The translations under genes and the position numbers were made by a program. This document shows, one piece after another, positions 53,001-64,000 of a stretch of 64,000 nt of DNA. The notes under the pieces were generated by a model. The model was not told the origin of the DNA. It saw only the letters and a program-made list of their open reading frames with translations, and made no database searches. Numbering within the stretch: position 1 is the stretch's first letter; each line of letters begins with the position of its first letter. The DNA is from Octopus sinensis (taxonomy: Eukaryota), in NCBI RefSeq assembly GCF_006345805.1, contig NC_042999.1, forward strand, positions 57,164,001 to 57,228,000, read 5' to 3'.

Positions 53001-53060
53001 ATATTATATATATATCATATATATATATATATGTATGTATTTATGCACATACATATATAC
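48925..53060. repeat. ~4.1-kb degenerate (TA)n/(CATA)n tract
   Basis: Visible directly; exact length may be unreliable in the assembly. Confidence 0.97.
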
Positions 53061-53164
53061 TCTTTCTTTTTTCTTAAAAAAAATTAAAGAATATACATAT
53101 ATTATTTTTTAAATTTTATTTTATCAGTTTCAGTTGAGAGCACTGTTTTGCTACGCTGCTATTA

Positions 53165-54110
53165 TTGAGAGCCTCCTCTGATATGTAGCATTTGGTGAAT
53201 AAGGGAGTTTGATGTCGCTACCTTCATTTGCGTCTCCCGCCACGACGTAGGTTCATCTGGACTCTCGACAGGAAGAGATCCAGTTTTGATTTGAAAATAC
53301 CTACATCCACTTTGTGTAAGTCCCTAGTTTCTTTGTGACAATATTAAAAAATTGCGTGCTCCTAAAACCCAAGCTGTTGCAGTAACTAATCCTGAAGCGC
53401 GACGGCATTGTTGGGATCTTTCGCACTGTGCAGTGGCGACCCGTCCTGGCATTTGTGTAGCTTTCAATGCCAAAATTTGGTACAATCTCTTCCAGGATCT
53501 TCCATATGTATATTATTGCATATCTCTCCCACCTTCACTCCAGGGAGTAGAGTCTTAACTGCTTCAGCTTTTTCCAGTACCTGAGCTGTTGCAATAAGAC
53601 GATTTTTATGAAGCTTGGCTAGATTGCTTCAAGGTTCGCTGTTAATTTTACACTGTGGAGTGGCCATAGCTGGGAGCAGTAGTCTAGACAGCTGAGGACG
53701 AATGTCCTCCAGAGGACCATCATGGTTTCCTTCTCTCTGGTTCTGAAGGTTCTCAGGATCCATCCATCCATCCGTCTGCACTTTGTCGCTATCTTGGTAA
53801 TGTGCACTTGGAGAGGTATAATCACTCATGTCGATACCCAGGTCCCACACTGATTTAGGTTTGGGGACTGTAATCTCCTGTGGGCCAGTATACCTTATAA
53901 GTTTTACGTTCAGTTTTGGACTCTGGTTGCGCAGGGCTTGGAATTTTCCAGTATTAAACTGCATATTATTGTCGTCAGCCCATCTGAAAATTGAGTTCAA
54001 CTCCTGCTGCAAGAGTGTAACATCGCTAGGGTTGTGTATTTTCTGCAAGACTTTCGTATCGTCTGAGTAGCAAGCAAGGGTGGCTATCCGGGCAGCTGAG
54101 GGCCACTATA
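53165..54110 (-). mobile_element. CR1/L2/Jockey-group LINE 3' relic (same family as 43480)
   Basis: LQQELNSIFRWADDNNMQFNTGKFQ, WILRTFRTREKETMMVLWRTFVLSCLDYCSQLW; 3' end matches about 45040-45120. Confidence 0.85.
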
Positions 54111-54151
54111 CATACATATATACATACACACACACATATATATATACATTG

Positions 54152-54199
<48 letters not shown>

Positions 54200-54218
54200 C
54201 ATATATATATATATAATA

Positions 54219-55491
54219 CAGGGTGGGGAAGCAAATTTACAATGAACGTTAAGTTGTTTTTTTCTCAGCAGGCACTGAGTCAATTGTTTTGAAACCTAGC
54301 ATATATTGATGTCGTAATCATACCTAATACTATTATCATTACCTTTTCAGAAACTTCTGCCCATATGAGTAATCAGGAAAGCAAATGTGAAAGAGTGCAT
54401 GATTTGCTGAATGCACCCGTCACACCAAAGGAGATTTCAAGAATAGTTGGAGTGTCCATAAAGACTGTTTATAATGTAAATAATATGAGCAAAACTATTA
54501 TGAGGAGGTCTGGAAGTGGAGGAATCAACAAAAGCGTGCCAAAACTTTTATTAAAGCTCTCAAATCACAAATCCTAAAGGATCCAACCAAATCCATGAGA
54601 AAAATGGCAATTGAACATGATGTAGTCACCAAGACCATTAGAAATGCAGTAAAATATGATTTGAGGTTAAAATCTTACACAAGAACACCAAAACACTTGT
54701 TGACAACAGCTATGAAGGAAAAGAGGTTGGAAAGGTGCAAGAAAATTATTACATGGTTCAAGAAAAAGTCCTCCATTGTAACGATCTTTTCAGATGAAAA
54801 GATCTTCAGTGTCGATGCTGTTCTGAACCGCAGAAATGACAGATTTATTGCAAAATCAACAGCTGAGGTTAAGAGGTCATTCAAAACAAAACATCCTGCT
54901 CAAGTTATGGCTTTTGGTGTTGTGGCTTCCGACAGAAAGAAAGTGCGTATAAAATACTACAAAGCTGATGAAAAGGTCAATGTTAATACTTACTACAGAC
55001 TCTGAGATTACCAGGTATTGCATGGCTTAAAGCAAACTACCCAGATGGTAATTATGTATGGACACAGGATGGTGCTCTAGCACACACAGCTAGAAAAATA
55101 CAAGATTTGTGCAATCCAACTTTAGCATTTTTGGAATCATGTTTATGGCCGCCTTCTAGCCAGATCTAAACCTTCTGGATTATAATATTTGGGGTGTTTT
55201 TTAGAACATGCCAAATAGAACATCACACAGTATGTCGACTCTCTTAAAGACACTATTAAGAAGAAGTGGGAGACTTTGTCTCAAGAATTTGAGGAACACT
55301 TGCGCAAGGTTCAGGAAGCGTGTGAAGGCAGATATTGAGAAAGAAAGAAGGAGGACACATAGAATAAAACATTTTCTGTTATGTAAATTTCTTGTGGCAA
55401 ATAATTCTCATGACTTTCAATAAACTAATTGGTCATACAATGTCTTTCGATCCCTGCCTCAAAATATTATAAATTTTGCTTCCCCACCCTG
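54219..55491 (+). mobile_element. Full-length (1273 bp) maT/DD37D-like Tc1/mariner element, frameshifted transposase
   Basis: TA-cagggtggggaagcaaa(a)ttta TIRs-TA; HTH N-terminus from 54365, FSDEKIF, TQDGA, WPPSS.DLN.LDY; D-D spacing cannot be counted exactly because of indels. Confidence 0.92.
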
Positions 55492-55544
55492 TATATATAC
55501 TTAAGTATGCATGCACATACATACACATTTATACGTATTTATAT

Positions 55545-56006
55545 ATATTCTCTTATTCTTTTATTTGTTTCAGTCATTTGACTGTGGCCATACTGGAGCA
55601 CCGCCTTTAGTCGAGCAAATCGACGGCAGGACCTATTCTTTGTAAGCCTATTACTAATTTTACTTATTCCATCGGTCGCTTTTGCCCAACCGTTAAGTTA
55701 CAGGAACATAAACACACCACCATCAGTTGTCAAGCGATGTTGGGGGAACAAACATAGACCCCCACACACACATACATACATACATACATACATACATACA
55801 TACATACATACATACATACATACATACATACATACATACATACATACGACGGGCTTCTTTCTGTTTCCGGCTACCAAATCCACTCACAAGGCTTTGGTCG
55901 AGGCTACAGTAGAAGACACTTTCCAAAGGTGCCACGAGGTGGGACTGAACCCGGAACCATGTGTTTGGTAAGCAGGCTACTTACAACACAGCCACTCCTG
56001 CGCCTA
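55545..56006 (-). mobile_element. OK-like SINE with internal (CATA)n
   Basis: Full reverse copy. Confidence 0.85.
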
Positions 56007-56072
56007 TGAGCTACTCCAGCGCCTATATATAGATATATGTAGTACTTATACATAGAAATATGTATTGATATA

Positions 56073-56108
<36 letters not shown>

Positions 56109-56153
56109 CATATTCCTACGTATTTATACACACACATACTCACACACACATAC

Positions 56154-56191
<38 letters not shown>

Positions 56192-56214
56192 AAACGATAG
56201 ATAGATAGATAGAT

Positions 56215-56293
<79 letters not shown>

Positions 56294-56299
56294 GCAAAT

Positions 56300-56645
56300 G
56301 TGTGAACACAACCAGCACTCAAATTCGGAAATATATCGGGTGGGATGGAACTGTCTTCAAGCAGCGCCTATACAACCACGGGTCCTCTTTCAGGATTCCG
56401 AAAACACGATTCGTAACGTCCCTGGCAAGTCACGTGTGGCATCTTAAAAATAAAGGAATCCCTTATGATATTAAGTGGGCGATGATAGAGCGGCCGGGAT
56501 CCAATATCAACAGAAGCGGGCGCTGCGAGCTTTGCATAACTAAGCGAGCAAGGATTCTCAAAGACTCCTGAAACGAGAATTATTAAATTCCCGACACGAG
56601 ATTTAAAGCTCTTGCCCCCGTTTGATAGCTACCTGCTGCAAGCAT
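56300..56645 (+). mobile_element. Penelope-like GIY-YIG endonuclease C-terminal fragment
   Basis: KYIG...FKQRLYNHGSSF...SLASHVWHLKNKG..YDIKW...SGRCELC..K..IL...LLNSRHEI; 5' side cut by (GATA)n. Confidence 0.85.
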
Positions 56646-56937
56646 GTAATTCAACATTCATCGATTATATCCAAAAATGTCCTAATCGGGTAGAAGCAAC
56701 CTAAGGGCGGAGTTCCCCGTCCGCCATTTTAGCCTATATGGACTTGCCAATTAAACTGGTCTAAAAGAGATAACCCGTTCTCGCCGACCCGCAAGGTTTA
56801 TTCTTTGTTTACTAATTAACTGATTGTAACAGAATTCTACCTCCAAAGTTTGAAGAGGTATACGCCCTTCACCATTAGAATCTGACGAATCGTCCATAAA
56901 AGCTTTATGGGTGCTTTATGACTGGACAAATACTTAA

Positions 56938-56981
<44 letters not shown>

Positions 56982-57159
56982 GTATGTGTATACGTATATA
57001 CAAATATGCATATATATGTATACGTTGTTAGTGGGTCATTTCTCTGAATAAGAAACACATTCTAAAAAGTAGATCAGTATTGTATTTACATCCCGTTGAA
57101 GACGTATGAGCGTTCAGCTTTTTCCGAACGACCTACACAAATGATTTGCTTAAAGTGAT

Positions 57160-57378
57160 CAAATGGTTTTGCCGCATATTAGTTTACTCCCTCCATCAAA
57201 TCGACGTTGTCTGAACAGGAGCACAGTGTACCACGCGTTAGGTGTCGAAGGGATCACAGAGCAAGTTGAAGTGAAGTGTTTTGCTCAAGAACAGAATATA
57301 ACATCCCCACCCGGTCTAGGAATTGAAATCACGATCGCTGAACGTGAGTGCAACTCCCTAACCACTAGCCCAAGTGCC
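57160..57378 (-). mobile_element. tRNA-derived SINE variant
   Basis: Reverse head (ccggtctaggaattgaa...ctaaccactag...gcct) and aagtgttttgctcaagaaca domain. Confidence 0.7.
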
Positions 57379-57437
57379 TTCCTCTTTGTATGTATGTGTA
57401 TATATATATAAGGTTAATTATATATATATATATATAT

Positions 57438-57690
57438 ATTACTCTTTACTCTTTTACTTGTTTCAGTCATTTGACTGAGGCCATGCTGGAACACCGCCTT
57501 TAGTCGAGCAAATCGACCCAGGACTTATACTTTGTAAGCCTAGTACTTATTCTATCGGTCTGTTTTGCCGAACCGCTACGTTACGGGGACGTAAACACAC
57601 CAGCATCGGTTGTCAAGCGATGTTGGGGGGGACAAACACAGACACACAAACATACACACACACACATACATACATACATACATACATACA

Positions 57691-57722
<32 letters not shown>

Positions 57723-57890
57723 CATATACATATATACGACAGGCTTCTTTCAGTTTACTAAATCCACTCATAAGGCTTTGGTCAGCTCGAGGCTATAGTA
57801 GAAGACACTTACCCAAGATGCCACACAGTGGGATTGAACTCGGAACCATGCGGTTCGTAAGCAAGCTACTTACCACACACCCACTACTAT
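57438..57890 (-). mobile_element. OK-like SINE with internal (CATA)n
   Basis: Full reverse copy. Confidence 0.88.
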
Positions 57891-58090
57891 AGATATAAGA
57901 TTTGTTTACGGGGAAACGAAACGTTTTGAATAAGCAAATAAAGCTCCTATTCTATTATGCCGGACACAGTCTAATGATGTTGACTAGTGAACCAGTTTTC
58001 GGGGTTGCATTGAGCTGTACCGATATAATGTGGGATGAATATAGTAACAATAACAATAATCTTTGGATGGGATTTAAAAAAACTTTAACG

Positions 58091-58226
58091 CATCACTACG
58101 CGCGTTTCCCTAGATTACATGTCTCTTAAGATCACAGTCCGTATTTCTGGGATGATTGCAGTGTAGTCCGTAGTATCCGTGAACATTGAGTAGATCATCT
58201 TCGTGGATTCATTTCTTCAGACGATA
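58091..58226 (-). ncRNA. Type I hammerhead motif with ~105-nt helix II region
   Basis: Minus strand TATCGT-CTGAAGA...GAAAC-GCGC-GTA/GTGATG; helix III palindrome ACGCGCGT; helix I with wobbles; A.G at the base of helix II. Confidence 0.65.
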
Positions 58227-58281
58227 TAACATTAATGGATGTTTACCAGAGAGATGTTTATCCCTCTGACCATTGCGAAGG

Positions 58282-58413
58282 TTCGCCTGAAGAAATGAAT
58301 CCATGAAGATCTATCCCGTGCCTACGTATACTACGGACTACACTGTAATCATCCTAAGAATACGGGCTGTGATCTTAAGAGACATGTGATTTGTGGAAAC
58401 GCGCGCAGCGATG
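58282..58413 (+). ncRNA. Mutated partner hammerhead (U16.1 to C)
   Basis: TTCGC-CTGAAGA(58287-58293)...GAAAC(58396-58400)-GCGC-GCA/GCGATG. Confidence 0.6.
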
Positions 58414-59199
58414 CATTAAATGTTTATAAATCCTATCCAAGGATTATTATTTCCATTACTATACACACACACACACACACACACATATATGCACACGTAC
58501 ACATTGTGAGATTATATAAGGTTTTAAAAGCAATTATGTAATCATGACGGTAATGTGCTGAAACGAGTGTATGTTCTATAAAGCATTTGGATACTATATC
58601 ATTTATCTGTATTTTATAAAATTTAATAGCGGATGTAGAAGGACTGGAAAAAATTGTCTGTCTTATGTGTGTTTTGAGGAATGTTATTGGAGACAATTTT
58701 TTTGCTACGTTTGCAAAAGAAAGTTTGTTATTGTTTGGGTCCATTGAGACATTGATGTAAAAATTTATTTTAATAGTGGTTTATGGGTCAGATGTGTTAT
58801 ATTTAAGTCACCATTTGTGTTTTTGAAAGTTTATGACCAGTCAAAATTTTTTTGAGCTGCATGGCATTGTTTTTCTCTTGGGTTCATTAAAGAATGTTTA
58901 TAGATAATACCTATTGGATTTCTGAAGGAAGCGTAGGACAGAGAGAGAGTTCAAAGTTTGTCATCGTCTTACGTTTTCTTTCAGGAAGTTTTCGGCTATA
59001 TTTCTTCAAAATTCAGATTGGCAAAGGTTTCATTAAAAAATTTTTTTCTCATTTTTACATATACTTTTGTGTTCTTTAAAGGCTTGCATATATGAATGTA
59101 GATGTATGCATGTTTGTAAGTACATAGGTATTCTCATATATGGCAATAAATGCAAATAGTTAAAGCTTTTTTCACAGAGATATGAGTCTACAAGATGTA

Positions 59200-59705
59200 T
59201 ATATATAAATACGCCGATATGCGTGTGTGTGTGTGTGTATACTTAAACATGTATACATATGCGTATATTTATATATACATATGACTAAATATATACAGAT
59301 ACATATGCACATATATACGTATTTATACAGACATGTATATAAAAATATATAAACATGTATATTTACATACATGTATACATATGTATACACATACATATAC
59401 ATACATATATACAAATATATGCGCACATACATATATATATAAATACATATATATATAGATATATATGCATATATATATACATATACACACGTATATATAG
59501 ACATATATATACACATCTATACACACACATATATATATATACATGTATACATATATACACGTATATATATACATACAAGTATACATATATACACGTATAT
59601 ATATATACATACATATATACATATATATAATATCTATACAAACGCTGCATATATATATATATATATATATATTATATAATGTATATGCATACATGTTTAT
59701 ACATA
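59200..59705. repeat. Degenerate (TA)/(CA) microsatellite
   Basis: Visible directly. Confidence 0.93.
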
Positions 59706-60439
59706 CGTTGAAATTGGGGTGTATAGGATTAACGTGTTCATTGATGCACTTCTAGAAATATTCATAGTTGAACTTCACATTTAACTAGGTGCTATACGTA
59801 GTTCGACATGCTATTTGCTTTACGCATACAAAAGATATACATATGTGTGGGTATATAACCGATACAGTTCTGGTTATAGATAAGCTAATAATTCATGCAT
59901 ATGCCCCCACCAATCTACGTATGAAACTCGTAAAATGGGTGTGTTGTGTTCAGACCCACAGTAAAAGGAAATCCCAGCTATACCCTTCAATTCCCCATAT
60001 CCGACGACTGTTAATTCACCTTCCTACGATTAGAAGGTCTCTTCAACACGAGACCGTACGGTAACATGAACTGGCTGTTAAAAGATTAAATTTATAATGC
60101 TGTATAATATATTCATACGAATATTTCTATGTAAATTGGGTAAACTTTTGTACATCCCGTACATATTTCACGTGTGTGTGTGTCTACATACATAAACACA
60201 CACACACACACACACACACATAAACACACACGCGCACATATATATATATGTAGACCCCCCCCCCCCAATATATATATATATAGATATAGATACATAAATC
60301 ATAAAAAAATACCGGAGGATCCCCTGGATTCCAACTACATAAAACTCTGCGTTATACTCATCTGTATTGGATTATTATGTGGTATGATAGCCGGGTCCAC
60401 TAAAGGAGCTTTCTGTGATAGCCTCATGATTCTATGAAT

Positions 60440-60990
<551 letters not shown>

Positions 60991-61469
60991 TATTTGATGG
61001 TATGAAATTAACATGGCAATTATTGAATGTGCCCGAGATGTGCCATTTTTACCTTGTTCCTGCAAGACGCATCACCAAACGTCGGTGCTAAATGGTTAAC
61101 TAGAGGTTAATAATAGATTAGTTGTGGTGAGGAACCGAATGGAATGGAAACATACTGAATAACGGCAGATCGATTAGAATTGCTGAAGACTTGATGGTGA
61201 AAGATGGAGACATACTCCACAAAAGGAAACAGAATATTCATTGGGTTAAAGAGAGATTATATGGTCGCCTGATTTACTAGAAATAGCTGTCAAATCACTA
61301 TGAAAGGACACTTAAATGAGTTTACTCTTACATATATCATCAAAGACAGGCATGGCAATGGCTTAAATGTCTTTGATCATATGTCTGCCCATTGAGGTTT
61401 GTCCTGGGGCTAAACTCCGAGAGACGTAATACACAATGTATATATATGAGTGTGTAATTATGTGTATAT

Positions 61470-61521
61470 GTGTGGCGTTTGTGAGTGCGTGTGTATGTAT
61501 ATATATATATATATATAATAT

Positions 61522-61559
<38 letters not shown>

Positions 61560-61872
61560 AGAGAGAGAATATATATGAATATATATATTACATATAAAAA
61601 TAAATATATATATAACATATATATATATATTTACATACATAAATATATATATATTTTATATATACATATATACATACATAAATATATATATATTTATATA
61701 TATACATATATACATACATAAATATATATATATTTATATATATACATTATACATACATAAATATATATATATTTATATATATACATATATATACAAGATA
61801 TATATATATATAACATATATATATTACATTCATACATATATATATACATACATATAATATATACAACATATA

Positions 61873-61903
<31 letters not shown>

Positions 61904-62127
61904 CATGCATACATATAATATTACATACATAATATATACATGCATACATATATATATACACATATATACATACATACATATATACATACATACATATATA
62001 ATACATATATATATATATATATATAATATATATATTCATGCATACAATATATTACATGCATACATATATATACATACATATAATATATACATGCATCATA
62101 TATATACATACATATATATTATACATG

Positions 62128-62158
<31 letters not shown>

Positions 62159-62163
62159 ACATG

Positions 62164-62194
<31 letters not shown>

Positions 62195-62852
62195 ATACAT
62201 GCATACATATATATACATACATATATATATACATACATACATATATATACATGCATACATATATATTACATCATATATATATATACATACATATATATAT
62301 ACATACAATACATATATATATATATATATTACATATATATATATATTTATCTATACATACATATAATATATATTATATATACATAATATATATAATCATA
62401 CATACATATAGATATATATGTATATATACATACATATATATATACATACATACATATATATATATACATACATATATATGTATATATATGTATATATACA
62501 TACATAATATATATACATACATACATATATTATTATACATACTATATAATACAGATATATATATATACATATATATATACATATATATATATATACATAC
62601 ATATATATATACATATATATATATATACCTATATATATATATATATACATACATATATATATACATATATATAACATATATATATACATACATATATATA
62701 TACAATATTATATACATATATATATAATACATACATATATATATACATACATATATATATACATACATATATATATACATATATATATACATATATTATA
62801 ATAATACATATATATAACATATATATATACATATATAATATATATATATATA

Positions 62853-62883
<31 letters not shown>

Positions 62884-62990
62884 CATATATACATATATAC
62901 ATACATATATATATACATATATATATATACATATATACATACATATATAATATATATATATATATATATATAATATATATTATATATAAT
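61470..62990. repeat. ~1.5-kb degenerate (TA)n/(CATA)n tract
   Basis: Visible directly. Confidence 0.96.
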
Positions 62991-63790
62991 GAAATAAAGC
63001 TAAAGATGTGTTATAAAAGACCGTGAGAGATATGGTGGTGCGAAGAAAGAGGGAAAACAGGTGAGAAAAGAAAGTAAAAGTAGAAGAGAAAAATAATTTA
63101 GGAATATTATGAAGAGAAAAGAGTTGATGAAAGGGTAAGAGGAGAGAAATGAACGGAAAGGAGGTCGAAGTAAAGGTTGGAAGAGCAGAAAGAATTATAA
63201 GGCAGGACGAGGAGAAATAGTAACAATAAAAGGAGATTAGGTGGGGGAGAAGAGGAAGAGAGGAAAGTGAGGGAGAGAAGAGGAAGACAATACCTCAGAA
63301 GACCAATTTCTCGATGTGCAGTAGCCTCTAAAATAGAGCATAAGGCCTAAGTTTCGTGTAAGTATATAATATAATACAATATATAATATAATATAATATG
63401 ATATATATATATATAATATTTTATATATATAATATATATATATTATATATATATACACACATGCATCACAACAGACGCAAAGCAGATTCTCAACTTCAAA
63501 CAAGTGTCATCATCTCACTTCTAATCCGATTATAAAACCGATTCTCTGGTAGCTACTATAATAGGAAAAAACAAGCTTAATTATATAGAACGTTCTTATG
63601 TTTACAAATATATGAATGAACAAGAAGTTTAAAACGCTTTCATTAGTCATTGAAACCATTTCCTTCCAGGACTAAGACATTCAAAAAGTTTATTATCATA
63701 ATTCTTACCCTACATCATTCTTCTTTGTGTCCTTCTACAGAAACGAATCAGTTGTACCTTTGATGTGCGTGAATATATATGTATTTTATG

Positions 63791-63850
<60 letters not shown>

Positions 63851-63868
63851 TACACGTGTGTGTGTGTT

Positions 63869-63913
<45 letters not shown>

Positions 63914-64000
63914 GTAGGTAGATATGTAGGTTGAGCTTGATAGGTAGTCTACAAAGAGACAACTTACTAAATTCAATCAGTATCTGACTTTCTCCTCTAA

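Larger units (their letters stand above)
58042..58461. repeat. Diverged head-to-head inverted repeat of a hammerhead-bearing element
   Basis: 58042-58226 is the diverged reverse complement of 58282-58461; a third copy lies at about 42053-42245. Confidence 0.9.

Noticed and set aside
48833-53112. Many long I/Y/C/V/H/T-rich ORFs in the ORF track (also near 7-8, 18, 59-63 kb)
   Set aside because: They are translations of (TA)n/(CA)n microsatellites, which lack stop codons in several frames.
56866-56945. CTGACGA, hairpin and palindrome ACTTAAGT downstream of the GIY-YIG relic
   Set aside because: GAA is missing, the residue at the cleavage position is G, and helix I does not pair; at most a dead relic.
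58433-59080. Minus-strand 103-aa ORF and neighbouring AT-rich frames
   Set aside because: No diagnostic motif; the ORF runs into a microsatellite. It may be a TE relic but cannot be supported.
60000-60060. Minus-strand TTGAAGA-GACCTTC/GAAGGT-GAA hammerhead-like string
   Set aside because: C3 is mutated, GAAA is incomplete and there is no helix I.

Overview
AT-rich animal genomic DNA, most likely an Octopus species (inferred from the SINE families, RTE LINE tails and very long (TA)n tracts; no database check). The window is mostly mobile DNA and microsatellite. It holds a young 5'-truncated RTE LINE whose RT carries a PHD-type finger and whose 3' UTR is a GC-rich tandem array, further RTE 3' copies, two CR1/L2-like LINE relics, several Penelope-like (PLE) relics, mariner/maT/pogo/piggyBac-type DNA elements and dozens of tRNA-derived SINEs. 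A minus-strand host gene is suggested only by a few short phase-compatible candidate exons (unidentified protein, low confidence). Two signals are not explained by ordinary repeat annotation. (1) A cluster of type I hammerhead ribozyme motifs with palindromic helix III, several with an unusually long helix II, near PLE relics and TA tracts; 48806-48899 has a fully intact core. (2) At least six short fold-back palindromes, most of them in or beside microsatellites or retroelement tails. All structures were folded by eye, and no activity is shown.
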